Source: Spirochaetia bacterium (lineage in GTDB: Bacteria > Spirochaetota > Spirochaetia > UBA9216). Taken from it: a stretch of 64,000 nt of DNA. Shown here piece by piece: positions 19,624 to 30,600 of this stretch. A program made the position numbers and the translations under genes. Each line of letters starts with the position of its first letter. Positions within the stretch are counted from its first letter, which is position 1. Below the pieces are notes generated by a model that ran no database searches, was not told the origin of the DNA, and worked only from the letters and a program-made list of their open reading frames with translations. Location of the stretch: positions 1,824,001 through 1,888,000 of the forward strand of contig CAXXYH010000003.1 of the NCBI GenBank assembly GCA_963677925.2. The letters run 5' to 3'.

Positions 19624-19994
19624 AAAGAATCAGGAAACTTGGAGCTTAGATAACTTTTCAGGTGGGCCTTGTTTACCGGTTTTTCAAGATAACCGTCATA
19701 CGACATCGATGACAGCCGGCCGGCAAACATTTTCTCGGGATAGGCGGAGATAAAGATCACCTTTGTATCAGGATTTTCGGTCTTGATTATCTCACAGGCA
19801 TCAAGACCGTCCTCCTTTGAAGCCATATTTATATCAAGAAATGCTACATCGGGCTTGTGAGCTCTCACAGCCTTTACAACCTCAGTACCATCCTGAGCTT
19901 CGGATTGAATTTCAATTCCGAAGCCGGTAAGTGTCATTGACAGAAATACTCTGAGGATTATCTCATCATCAGCTATAACAGCTCTTAATCCCAT
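19620..19994 (-). CDS. Single-domain response regulator
   Basis: IADDE, FLDINM, ISAY and LEKP motifs. Confidence 0.9.
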   Translation of the reverse strand: MGLRAVIADDEIILRVFLSMTLTGFGIEIQSEAQDGTEVVKAVRAHKPDVAFLDINMASKEDGLDACEIIKTENPDTKVIFISAYPEKMFAGRLSSMSYDGYLEKPVNKAHLKSYLSSKFPDSF

Positions 19995-20023
19995 GCAGGC
20001 TCCTTATGATAACAGAGAGATGT

Positions 20024-21610
20024 TTATACTCTGTATTTACCAAGTAATTTACATACTTTTTCGCTGCCGATTGCATACAGAAAACTGGCAAGCCGCGGTC
20101 CTTTTTCCTTGCCGATAAGGGCTCGGTACACAACCGGAAAAAAATCACCTGACTCAAGCCCGTTCTTCTGAGCCGCATCATAGATACTGACACTGAACTC
20201 TTTCTCGTCCAGTTTATCCATCTTTGCAGCAACTTCATCGCAGAGCATAGACAGCGCGGCGGCTTCAGCCGGACTCACTTTTTCAGCCTCTGCATCATCA
20301 TCTTTAAGGGCAAACTGAAAATCTTCGGGAGCAAAGTTTTTAACCCAGTTCCAGGCACATTCGGCACGCTGTCTGAGTCTTGCTTCCTGCTCAGGCTTTA
20401 CATCGCCAAGATACTCAATAAGCCGATCCACATCCCCAGACTGAATCTGAAGCAGATTGCATAGATGCCTTATCTGTATCTGGTAGGGCATTTCGGCTTC
20501 AGGATTTTCAAGCTGGGACAGTTCATAAATACGGGCCTGTTTTTCCCACTTTTTAAGAGCCTTCTCTGTATCCGGCTTGTTGTAATAGGTCCGTTCGCAC
20601 TTATCATAATCTTCGTAAATTTTCAGTACGTCCAAATCAAAAGATATCGCAAATTCCGCATTAGGTCTGGTTCCTGCGAATAAAAATCTTGCAACTTCGG
20701 GCTGATAGACTTCAAGCACATCATCAAGACCTACGACCTCACCTGAGGATGAGGAAATCTTTCCGCCGCGTCCCTTTATTCTGATAAAATCATACTGAAA
20801 GGTTACCGGCGGTTCCCATCCGTAAATCTCTTTAGAAACCAGTTTTGCAGTATCGAAGGAGCCTCCTTCTGAGTGGTGGTCCTTACCTGCAGGCTCAAAA
20901 TCAACCTGCTCTTCACGCCATCTCATCGGCCAGTCTATTCGCCAGGGAAGTTTCACGGCCCCTGTTTCACGAAGGTCGAGACTCTCATGGTTTCCGCATG
21001 ATTCACATGTATATGTAATTTCCCAGTCACCGTTCCAGGATTCAACTTTGGTTGTATCACGGTTGCATGCAGCACAGAATACACTTACCGGCATCCAGTC
21101 GGCGGCCAGAGGTTCGGTTCTGTGAGCATCCAGTATTTTCCGGATTGATTCTTTCTTTTCAAGAGCGGTCCGCATGCCCTGTGCATAACGGCCGGATTTA
21201 TATTCAGAAGTCTGGTATATGTACTCAGGGAAAACGCCTACAAGGGGGAGAAGAACTTCAAGCCTTTTCTCATTTGCCCGGGCGTAGCTCTCTTCGTTTC
21301 CAAGAACATCAGGGACCGTAGTTATGGGCTGACGAAGAAAGCCTTCAAGCTTTTCCTGCTCAGGCATATTTTTCGGAACCTTGCGGAAAACATCATATTC
21401 ATCCCATGAGTAGATAAACTTCACATTGCAGCCCTTCTGTCTGAGAGCACGAACAACAAGTTCTACAGAGATGATTTCCCTGAAATTTCCAATGTGAACT
21501 GTTCCGGAAGGGGTGATTCCCGAGGCGCAGACGTAGACATCCTTATCGCCTTTTTCTCTGATTATCTTATAGGCGGTAATATCCGCCCAGTGCGTAGATT
21601 GTATATTCAT
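20024..21610 (-). CDS. lysS: Lysine--tRNA ligase, class I
   Basis: SGITPSGTVHIGNFRE, Zn-knuckle Cys pairs, WRIDWPMRW, GKDH and KISSSSG. Confidence 0.96.
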   Translation of the reverse strand: MNIQSTHWADITAYKIIREKGDKDVYVCASGITPSGTVHIGNFREIISVELVVRALRQKGCNVKFIYSWDEYDVFRKVPKNMPEQEKLEGFLRQPITTVPDVLGNEESYARANEKRLEVLLPLVGVFPEYIYQTSEYKSGRYAQGMRTALEKKESIRKILDAHRTEPLAADWMPVSVFCAACNRDTTKVESWNGDWEITYTCESCGNHESLDLRETGAVKLPWRIDWPMRWREEQVDFEPAGKDHHSEGGSFDTAKLVSKEIYGWEPPVTFQYDFIRIKGRGGKISSSSGEVVGLDDVLEVYQPEVARFLFAGTRPNAEFAISFDLDVLKIYEDYDKCERTYYNKPDTEKALKKWEKQARIYELSQLENPEAEMPYQIQIRHLCNLLQIQSGDVDRLIEYLGDVKPEQEARLRQRAECAWNWVKNFAPEDFQFALKDDDAEAEKVSPAEAAALSMLCDEVAAKMDKLDEKEFSVSIYDAAQKNGLESGDFFPVVYRALIGKEKGPRLASFLYAIGSEKVCKLLGKYRV

Positions 21611-21679
21611 AGTGGAGCAAGTATACCGGCTGGGTACAAAAATATCAATCCACAGCCGCCCGCTGCCGATAATTGAACT

Positions 21680-22318
21680 ATGAACAGACCGGCGTTTTTC
21701 ATCTGCATTTTAACAATATTCATCATTTTTTCAGGCACGGTTTCGGCTTCTGAAACAGGGCAGGCGTCCTGGTACGGAGGCAAATTTCAGGGACGGCAGA
21801 CAGCCAACGGCGAGATTTTTGATACAAACAAGCTGACTGCCGCACACAAAACCCTGCCGTTTGGAACTGTTGTTAAGGTAACAAACCTCCATAATAACAA
21901 GAGCGTAGAGGTGAGAATAAACGACCGGGGACCCTTTATTGAGGGCAGAATTATCGATCTGTCAAAGGCCGCTGCGGATGCTATAGAGATGACAGCACGG
22001 GGTGTTGCTACTGTCAGGCTTGAAATTGTCAGCTCTCCGGCTGAAAATGCTGCAGGAACAGCTCAGATATCACCTGTCCCGTCTAAATACGAAACTGACA
22101 GCGGCTTCATAGTACAGATTGCTTCATTCTCAAAACTCGATAACGCCGAAAACACACTGAAAAAGCTCTACGGCTACGGCTTCAGCCCTGCAATAGAATT
22201 AAGCAGCAGCGGGATGTACAGAGTAATAATCAACACAGAAACCAGGGTTCAGGCGGATACTGTCTGCCGAAAACTTGCGAATTTCGGATACACAAGCCCC
22301 CTGGTAAGAAATAATTAA
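21680..22318 (+). CDS. rlpA: Septal ring lytic transglycosylase RlpA with SPOR domain
   Basis: [16 protein letters not shown] and NDRGPF..IIDLS; C-terminal SPOR (VQIASF). Confidence 0.93.
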   Translation: MNRPAFFICILTIFIIFSGTVSASETGQASWYGGKFQGRQTANGEIFDTNKLTAAHKTLPFGTVVKVTNLHNNKSVEVRINDRGPFIEGRIIDLSKAAADAIEMTARGVATVRLEIVSSPAENAAGTAQISPVPSKYETDSGFIVQIASFSKLDNAENTLKKLYGYGFSPAIELSSSGMYRVIINTETRVQADTVCRKLANFGYTSPLVRNN

Positions 22319-22450
22319 TATCAATCTGATATAACGGTCAGCGACTGATAATGACACAACTTCTCATTAATGATAGTTTTTTAGAACTCATATACAGTAG
22401 AAAACATTGAGATCAAATACATTAGATTTTTTTTATATAAAGGTGTTTTT

Positions 22451-25400
22451 ATGCAGAACATAGGAATTAACATTGGCTCTTCAAGCCTGAAAATTGTTAT
22501 GCTTGAAGACGGCAAAATCAGCTGGACAAGTGTTCTTCCTCATGAAGGAGATTTTGTCTCCACACTTACTAAATCACTCAGCGGCAGAGACATTGCACCC
22601 GATGCAACAGCCCTGGTAACAGGAACTGAAGGCCGCTACCTTTTCAATATCAAGAGTACAATTGAGACTGTATGTATTGAAAGCGCTCTGAACCAGATTG
22701 GGCACAAGGTAAATGCAGTGGTCAGCATGGGCGGTGAAGATCTGACGGTCTACACTATAGATGAGAATAACAAGATTCAGAACAACTTCACAGGAAGTAA
22801 ATGTGCTTCAGGAACCGGCGAGTTCTTCAAGCAGCAGCTTGGACGAATGGACATGGTTCTCTCTGATGTAGAGAATGTTGATGAGAATGCAAAGGTTCTT
22901 TCTCTGTCATCAAGATGTTCAGTTTTCATGAAGAGTGACTGTACACACCGGCTTAACAAGAGAGAAGCCACAAAGGATGATATCGTTCTTTCTCTAAGCG
23001 ATGTAATGGCCACTAAAGTAATCGACTTCCTCAACAGGGCAAAGATTAAGGACGGAAAGGTTCTTCTTGCCGGAGGAATCACACTTAACAAGTTCATTGT
23101 AAGCTTCATCAAAGAAAAGGCTCCCGGAATCGAGTTTATCGTACCCGAAGAAGCCCCCTACTTTGAAGCCTACGGCGCAGCCCTTCTTGCAGGCGAAAAC
23201 GGAAGCAAGATGCCGGCTGTTGAAAAGCTGCTGAAGGACAATGTTATCAAATTCCCCCGCTATGACAAGCTTTCAAGCGTGATGGACAAGGTAACATACT
23301 TCGAAGCCGAAGTCGGCAAGGTTGAAGCAGGAAAGGAATACATCCTCGGTGTAGACGGCGGTTCAACAACAACCAAGGCCTGTCTTATCGATATTGAAAC
23401 TGATCAGATTGTTGCACAGCATTACGGACGAACCCATGGAGACCCTGTTAAGGCTCTCAAGGGCTGTATCGTTGAACTTCAGAAGAAGATTAAGGAAGAT
23501 ATCGGTGATGAGAAGATTAAAATCAGTCTTGCCTCAACAACCGGGTCTTCACGAGAGATTCTCGGTGTTTTTCTTGAAACATCAGGTGTTTACAACGAGA
23601 TTATTGCTCATGCATACGGAACAACCTTCTTTGCCGAAGATGTAGATACAATCTTCGAAATCGGCGGGCAGGATGCAAAATACGTACTTCTCAATCATAA
23701 GGTACCTATCGATTATGCTATGAACGAGGCATGTTCTGCAGGAACAGGCTCCTTCCTAGAAGAATCAGCATCAGGCGATCTCAACATCAGAAGCGCTGCC
23801 GACATAGGTGACATCGCAATCAAGGCTGAAAGACCGCTGAAGTTCGGCGAGCACTGTTCTGCATTTATCAATTCAGACATCAGAAAGGCTATCCAGCAGG
23901 GAGCCCTTCGTGAAGATATTACAGCGGGTATTGTTACCTCAATTGTTTCAAACTACCTCAACCGCGTAGTTGGAAACAGAACAATAGGAAACAAAATCTT
24001 CCTCCAGGGCGGTGTTGCTAAGAACAAGGCAATTCCGCTGGCATTTGCAATGATGGTAGGAAAAGAGATTCTGGTTCCCCCGTCCCCTGAACTTATGGGA
24101 TGTTTCGGTGTAGGTCTTCTTGCAAAGCAGAAACTTGCCGAGGGACTTCTTGAAAAATCAGAATTCGATCTCGATGCAATACTCGAGACAGAAATTGTCT
24201 ACGAAAAGCAGTTCAGATGCAAGGCATGTGACAATGACTGTCCGATTCAGGTGCTTCAGGTTAACGGTCACAAGTACATGTTCGGCGGACGCTGTTCAAA
24301 ATACACAAACAGCAGAAAGAAGATTGAGACAAGCACCGAGACTGTAGACTTTGTACAGAGACGTTCAGACCTTAACTTTGTTGAGTGCGCCGCTGATCCT
24401 GAAACCTTCGTACAGAAAAGAGATTACACAGTGGGTATTCCAAGGGCCTTCTCGGTTCATTCGCTATACCCGCTTTACTCATGGTTCTTCCATACACTCG
24501 GAATTAAAACCGTGCTTTCAGATGAAATTGCACATGAGGGTATTGCAAGAGCGGAAAGTACTTACTGCTTTCCGGCGGAAATTGCGCACGGAGCAGTTCA
24601 GGACATCATCAACAAGGGCTGTGACTACATCTTCCTGCCTCACTTCAGGGATATGACCAGCTATGAAACCGATGTCCACGCTAACTTCTGTCCTATCACG
24701 CAGGGTCTTCCCTACTACATCAAGAAAGCATTCCCGGATGTTGCCGAGAACAAGATTCTTGAACTTGTAGTTTCCTTCAAATTCGGAAAAGACAAGGCTC
24801 TTGAACTGTTCCAGAAGTTCGGCAAGCAGCTTGATATCAGCGAGGGCGAAATCAAGAAGGCTTTCAACGTTGCCGTTCAGAAACAGGAAGCCTTCCTGCT
24901 CAAGCTTAAAGAACTGGGACTTGAGGCTCTTGAGTTTGCAAGAAACAGCGACAAGCCTGTTATTGCCCTTCTTGGACGTCCCTACAACGCATTCACCCGC
25001 GAAGCAAACATGGGTATCCCCAAGAAATTTACATCAAAGAACTTTACAGTAATTCCGTTCGACATTCTGCCGTACGAGAATGAAGAGATATACGACAACA
25101 TGTACTGGTACTACGGTCAGCAGGACATGAAGTCGGCAAGACTCATCAAGCAGGAAGACAACATCTATGCAGCATGGATTTCAAACTTCTCATGCGCGCC
25201 TGACTCCTTCATGCTCCACTACCTCAAGTGGATTATGGGAAGAAAGCCCTTCCTCGTTCTTGAACTTGACTCACACTCTGCAGACGCCGGTGTCGACACC
25301 CGTGTTGAGGCCTTTCTTGATATTATTGAAGGATACAGAAGCAAGTTTGAAGATGTTGAGCAGGAAAGATACGACAACGGACTGCGGTTCAGAAACGAAG

Positions 25401-26788
25401 ACAGCCTTTATATTGAAAACATCCACAGCGGCGAGAAGTTCCCGGTTATAAACAGCGACCGAGTTGAGCTGATTGTTTCAAACATGGGTGAGATTGCATC
25501 TGAACTGGTAGCAACTGCGCTCACAGCACAGGGTTTCAACGCCAAGTCGATGCCTGTAGCCGATGCTAAAACTCTTGAATACGCAAGAAACTACTGCTCG
25601 GGCAAGGAATGTGTTCCGTCCCAGCTGGTTCTAGGCGGCGCACTCAAGTTCATGGCATCCAAAGAGTTCAGAAAGGACAAGATTTACGCGCTGTTCGTAC
25701 CGATCACAACAGGACCCTGCCGAACCGGTCAGTACTATGTTTTCTATGAAAACCTCTTTCGGGACCTGAAGATTGACAACGTAGTTGTATTCACACTCAG
25801 TGCAGACAACTCATATAACGAGCTAGGTCCCGGCTTCTCTCAGTACGCATGGAAGGCGATCACAGCTTCAGACTACCTGAAGGACGTACAGACAACCCTC
25901 CGGGCCTGTGCCGAAGATCCCGCAGCCGCCATGATTGAATACAAAAAATCCTGGAAGAAGGTTGTGAAATCTGTAGGTGAAGATCTTAAGTCTCTCTACC
26001 CTGCCCTTGAAGTAATGGGTAAGGAAATGGCAACTATCCCGCTGAAGAAGAATCCGCTTGAATGCCCGAAGGTACTTGTAGTTGGTGAAATCTTTGTTCG
26101 ACGTGATGACTTTGCTGTAGACGAGCTTATTGAAAACTTTGCCCGAAAGGGAATAATTGCCAAGGTATCAAGTATTGCGGAATGGATTCACTATACCGAC
26201 TTCGTCCGTGACTATGACATCAAGAAGAGAATCAAGCTTAAGCCCTTCCTTTTCAGACCGTTCACAAAAGAATTCAGAACCTGGGTTTACTACCAGATTG
26301 AAAAGAAATGGAAGGCATCGATGGAACACAAGGCAAAGCATGCTCTTAATGTGAATAACCTTGTCCCCTCAGCTCCGCATGACATGAACAGAATCATGAA
26401 AACTGTAGAGGAAGAGTTTGTCAACCTTGAGCTCAACTCTGAAATTGCAGTTTCTTCAGGTTCCGCTGCAACTGCTATGGAAGAAGGCTACTCGGGTGTT
26501 GTAAACATTTCACCCTTTGCATGTCTTATCGGACGTGTAATTCAGGGAATCTATACTCCATGGGCACGTGAGAGAAACTTCCCGACAATGTCGGTAGAGG
26601 TAGACGGAAACATGCTTCCGCCGAATATTCTCAACCAGCTTAACATCTTCATGCTGAACGTTCTTAGATTCAAGCATGATATGGATATCAAAGACCTTGT
26701 TGACGACAGCGATACTGTCTACAGCTCCGGCCTTGCCGGAATGATGGGATCCGACTCTGAAGAGAAGGAACTTGTTAACCAGAAATAA
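22451..26788 (+). CDS. Fused double acyl-CoA dehydratase activase + DUF2229 + reductase/dehydratase domains (PlsA/Ger-like, putative ether-lipid synthase)
   Basis: Two HgdC/BadG-like domains (CASGTG..SRCSVF; DGGSTTTK, IGGQDAK, NEACSAGTGSF), a CxxCxxxC..GRC linker, then CFPAEIAHG, FSCAPD, GPCRTGQY and PFACL. Confidence 0.85.
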   Translation: MQNIGINIGSSSLKIVMLEDGKISWTSVLPHEGDFVSTLTKSLSGRDIAPDATALVTGTEGRYLFNIKSTIETVCIESALNQIGHKVNAVVSMGGEDLTVYTIDENNKIQNNFTGSKCASGTGEFFKQQLGRMDMVLSDVENVDENAKVLSLSSRCSVFMKSDCTHRLNKREATKDDIVLSLSDVMATKVIDFLNRAKIKDGKVLLAGGITLNKFIVSFIKEKAPGIEFIVPEEAPYFEAYGAALLAGENGSKMPAVEKLLKDNVIKFPRYDKLSSVMDKVTYFEAEVGKVEAGKEYILGVDGGSTTTKACLIDIETDQIVAQHYGRTHGDPVKALKGCIVELQKKIKEDIGDEKIKISLASTTGSSREILGVFLETSGVYNEIIAHAYGTTFFAEDVDTIFEIGGQDAKYVLLNHKVPIDYAMNEACSAGTGSFLEESASGDLNIRSAADIGDIAIKAERPLKFGEHCSAFINSDIRKAIQQGALREDITAGIVTSIVSNYLNRVVGNRTIGNKIFLQGGVAKNKAIPLAFAMMVGKEILVPPSPELMGCFGVGLLAKQKLAEGLLEKSEFDLDAILETEIVYEKQFRCKACDNDCPIQVLQVNGHKYMFGGRCSKYTNSRKKIETSTETVDFVQRRSDLNFVECAADPETFVQKRDYTVGIPRAFSVHSLYPLYSWFFHTLGIKTVLSDEIAHEGIARAESTYCFPAEIAHGAVQDIINKGCDYIFLPHFRDMTSYETDVHANFCPITQGLPYYIKKAFPDVAENKILELVVSFKFGKDKALELFQKFGKQLDISEGEIKKAFNVAVQKQEAFLLKLKELGLEALEFARNSDKPVIALLGRPYNAFTREANMGIPKKFTSKNFTVIPFDILPYENEEIYDNMYWYYGQQDMKSARLIKQEDNIYAAWISNFSCAPDSFMLHYLKWIMGRKPFLVLELDSHSADAGVDTRVEAFLDIIEGYRSKFEDVEQERYDNGLRFRNEDSLYIENIHSGEKFPVINSDRVELIVSNMGEIASELVATALTAQGFNAKSMPVADAKTLEYARNYCSGKECVPSQLVLGGALKFMASKEFRKDKIYALFVPITTGPCRTGQYYVFYENLFRDLKIDNVVVFTLSADNSYNELGPGFSQYAWKAITASDYLKDVQTTLRACAEDPAAAMIEYKKSWKKVVKSVGEDLKSLYPALEVMGKEMATIPLKKNPLECPKVLVVGEIFVRRDDFAVDELIENFARKGIIAKVSSIAEWIHYTDFVRDYDIKKRIKLKPFLFRPFTKEFRTWVYYQIEKKWKASMEHKAKHALNVNNLVPSAPHDMNRIMKTVEEEFVNLELNSEIAVSSGSAATAMEEGYSGVVNISPFACLIGRVIQGIYTPWARERNFPTMSVEVDGNMLPPNILNQLNIFMLNVLRFKHDMDIKDLVDDSDTVYSSGLAGMMGSDSEEKELVNQK

Positions 26789-26811
26789 GCTGATCTATTT
26801 TTAAAACACTG

Positions 26812-26850
26812 GGAGCTGACTAAGAACTATTCTTAGCCGGCTCTTTTTTT
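26812..26850 (+). terminator. Intrinsic terminator
   Basis: GAGCTGACTAAGAA-cta-TTCTTAGCCGGCTC followed by T7. Confidence 0.85.
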
Positions 26851-26984
26851 ATGGCATAAATCAATGTTTTACAAACCAGACCGGTCCTGCCGACACTTTT
26901 GCAGCCGTTTTTAACGTAAAATTAATACAATTTTTGTAAGAAATGGCACATTGTATATGGAATTCTCTATGAAAGAATGCTAAT

Positions 26985-27017
26985 TTAAACATACGTTTGA
27001 TTTAAACGGACGTTTAA
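26985..27017. promoter_or_regulatory. Tandem palindromic TetR operator
   Basis: TTAAACATACGTTTGA and TTAAACGGACGTTTAA directly before the tetR ATG. Confidence 0.7.
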
Positions 27018-27019
27018 TT

Positions 27020-27656
27020 ATGAGTATTATAAATTTATCAACCAAGAAAAAAATACTGGATACAGCCTATGAGCTGTTTTCGGAGAACGGATATGAGGGG
27101 ACATCGGTCAGACAGCTGGCGAAAGAAGCCGATGTCAATATTTCACTGATTGGATACTACTTCGGCGGTAAGGAAGGACTCTACCGTGAAGTTATAAACC
27201 ACAGAATAGGTGAGTTCAGCAACAACTTTGTTGCCTCAGTTCAGGATGAGAAGGATGTTAAAAAGCGGATAAGAAGGTTCTCGGAGCTGCTCCTTTCGTC
27301 TCTCATTGAATCACCTTCCATTCTTACGATAATTACAAGAGAGCTTGTGACAGGCAAAAATAATACCGCCTTTGTAACAGCCGAACTGGTAAAGAATTTT
27401 ATGATCATTTTTTAATTCCTTTTTCACAGACTCAGCCTTACCTGATCTCCTGGAACTGGATGTAACAGAAATGATCTTCGATATATTTATGGTGATAGCA
27501 CCAATCTATTTTTACAGCATAGTCAAGCCGCTTATAGATGACAATATGTTGATGGATGAACACGAAATAGAATCATTCCACGACAAACTGGTAGATCAGG
27601 CCTACGAGATGGGTCTGAAACTATATAAAAGCAATACGAAAGGCTTTACAGCATAA
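27020..27656 (+). pseudogene. TetR/AcrR regulator split by a +1 frameshift (or sequencing indel)
   Basis: HTH (GYEGTSVRQLA..IGYYFGGKEGLY) in 27020-27415. Removing one T from T6 at 27408-27413 joins it to ORF 27471-27656, giving 211 aa. Confidence 0.8.
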
Positions 27657-27672
27657 TCAAACTGGAGTCAAT

Positions 27673-30600
27673 ATGAATAACAAAACCCTCCTCGCGGGAA
27701 TAGACGTCGGTTCAACCACGGTAAAGATTGCCGTAATGGAACCGGAAACCAAAGAAGTCGTTTTCTCAAGATATCAGAGACATAATGCGGATCAGGCATC
27801 GACCGTTTACTCGATACTGACAGAGGTACATGAAAATTTTTCAGACAGAGATATCAGTCTTGCAGTCTGCGGAAGCGGAGGCCAGAGCATAGCCGAATCA
27901 CTTCAGGCATTCTTTATACAGGAAGTGGTGGCAAACTCAATAGCGATAAGAACCTTTTATGATGATGTAAGGGTTGCAATTGAGCTTGGCGGTCAGGATG
28001 CCAAGGTTATATTTTTCAGGCATGATGAAGAAAGCGACAGCCTGGTGGTACATGACATGAGGATGAACGGAAGCTGTGCGGGCGGTACTGGGGCATTTAT
28101 CGATCAGGTGGCCGAGCTTCTGCATGTAACACCCGAACAATTCGGGGCACTTGCTGCCGCCGGAACTGAGGTTTATTCCATTTCAGGCCGATGCGGCGTA
28201 TTCGCAAAGACTGATATTCAGCCGCTTTTAAACCAGGGCGTATCAAAGGAAGACATTGCACTTTCCTCATTTCACGCTATTGCAAAGCAGACCATAGGCG
28301 GCCTTGCCCAGGGTATGGAGATTAGGCCGAAGGTAATATTTGAGGGCGGTCCGCTTACATTCAACCCGCGTCTTATTGAAGTATTCAAGGAACGACTTAA
28401 CTTAAGTGATGCGGATACAATTATCCCGGACAACCCTGAAATTATTGTTGCCGTCGGTGCAGCCCTTTCTATTGAAGCCATGTTCAGCGGTAAGGAAGAC
28501 CTTTACAAAAACGGCGCCAACCTTGAGAAAATCCTTTACAGGCAGGCAACCGGTATACTTGAACAGGACAAGGAACTGCCTTTCTTCTACGACACCGACG
28601 AAATGAACCTGTTCAGAGAGGAGCGAAGGCTTCCGGATTTTACCCCAAAGGCATGGGAGCCCGGTACAATACTGCCTGTATACATTGGTATGGATGCCGG
28701 TTCTACAACAAGTAAATTTATTCTAATGACCGAAGATGAGGAAATTGTCGATATCTTCTACGCCAATAACCAGGGGGATCCCCTCACAATTATCAAGGAA
28801 GCTCTTACACAGATGTATGAAAAATACATCGGCATGGGCGTTGCGCTTGAGATCAGGGGAATGGGAAGTACCGGCTATGGCGAGCTGCTTTTCAACAAGG
28901 CTTTCAAGGGAGACTACCATACTGTAGAAACAGTAGCGCACGCGGAAGCGGCAAAGAAGTATGCGCCCAACGTAAGTTTTATTCTTGATATCGGCGGACA
29001 GGATATGAAGGCTATCTACGTCAATGACGGCGTAGTTACCGGAATAGTTTTAAACGAGGCCTGTTCGGCAGGCTGCGGTTCCTTTATTGAGACCTACGCT
29101 AAGAGCCTTGGCGTAAAGGTTCAGGATATAGCCGACATCGCCTTTCAGGCCGGAAGTCCGTCAAAGCTCGGATCAAGATGTACCGTTTTTATGAACAGCT
29201 CAATTATTACCGAACAGAAAAACGGCAAGAGCACCGGCGACATCCTTGCAGGAATTTCCCGATCAATTATTGAGAACGTATTTACCAAGGTTATCAGAAT
29301 GTCAAACCTTGAATCTTTGGGCGAGTGTATTGTGGTACAGGGAGGAACCTTCAAAAACGATGCGGTTCTCAGAAGCCTCGAGCAGTACACCGGAAAGCAG
29401 GTTGTAAGACCGCCGCATCCGGGAGAGATGGGAGCTATCGGTATTGCCCTGCTTACAAAAAAGTATATAGCCCGTCAGGAAGAAAAGACCGGCAGGAAAT
29501 ACCAGAGCACTTTTATAGGGACTGGAAAATATTGAAGCCTTCAGTTTTACTAAAAAAGCAGGTCAGGTCTGCAGCTTCTGTTCAAACAACTGTAACCGGA
29601 CGATAATCGAATTTAACAACGGAAGCAGACATGTAACCGGAAACCGCTGTGAAAAGGGAGAGGTCTTCGGCGATGTCAGGGAGAAGTCTGTTAAGGACAG
29701 ACTGAAAGAGGTTAACGGCAGACTTAATGCTGTGCCAGACATGATCAAGCTTCAGAATAAGCTTCTTGTAATGGATTATGCTCCGGAGCAGAAGGCTGTA
29801 ACCCAGGGAATCACCATAGGGATTCCGAGAACCCTTGAGTTCTGGAACTCTCTTCCGTTCTGGAAAAGCCTTTATACCTCGCTCGGGTTCAAGGTTGTAG
29901 TTTCCGCTCCAAGTTCGTACAAACTCTTTGAAAGCGGTCTGCAGTCTATTCCCTCCGATACAGTCTGTTTTCCGGCAAAGCTGGTACACGGACATGTTCA
30001 GGATCTGATCAGCAGGAAGGTTGATAGAATCTTCAACCCGGTACTGACCAGAATCCCTAAGGAAAATGAAAAAGCCGAAGACAGCTGCAACTGTCTAGTT
30101 GTTCAGGGCTATTCGATGGTTGTTGATGAAAGCGATACCCCTGAAGCAAAGAACGGCATCAAGTATGACAGGCCTGTCTTTCACTTCGACACCCGGAAAC
30201 TCATGGATAAGCAGATCTGCGAGTACATGAAGATAACCTTCGGCATCGATTTCAATACTACAAGGAGCGCGCTTGAAGAGGCGCATTCTATTCAGGAAGA
30301 TTACTCCGACAGGATGCAGAGAAAGGGCCGTGAGGTAATTAAAAGCCTTGAAGGCAAGGATGATTTTGCGGTTGTTCTAGCGGGCAGGCCCTACCATAAC
30401 GACCTGCTTGTGAATCACGGAATCGCCGACCATTTCAAGAAGATGGGAATTCCGGTTCTTAACCTTGAATCCATTGCCGAGATCCATGATCAGTCTTTTG
30501 ATCATGTAAGATTCGACAGCCTGATAGCCTTTCACGGCAGAATGTACTCTGCTGCAAGCTTTGTTGCCGAGCATCCGAACCTTGAACTTGTTCAGATTGT

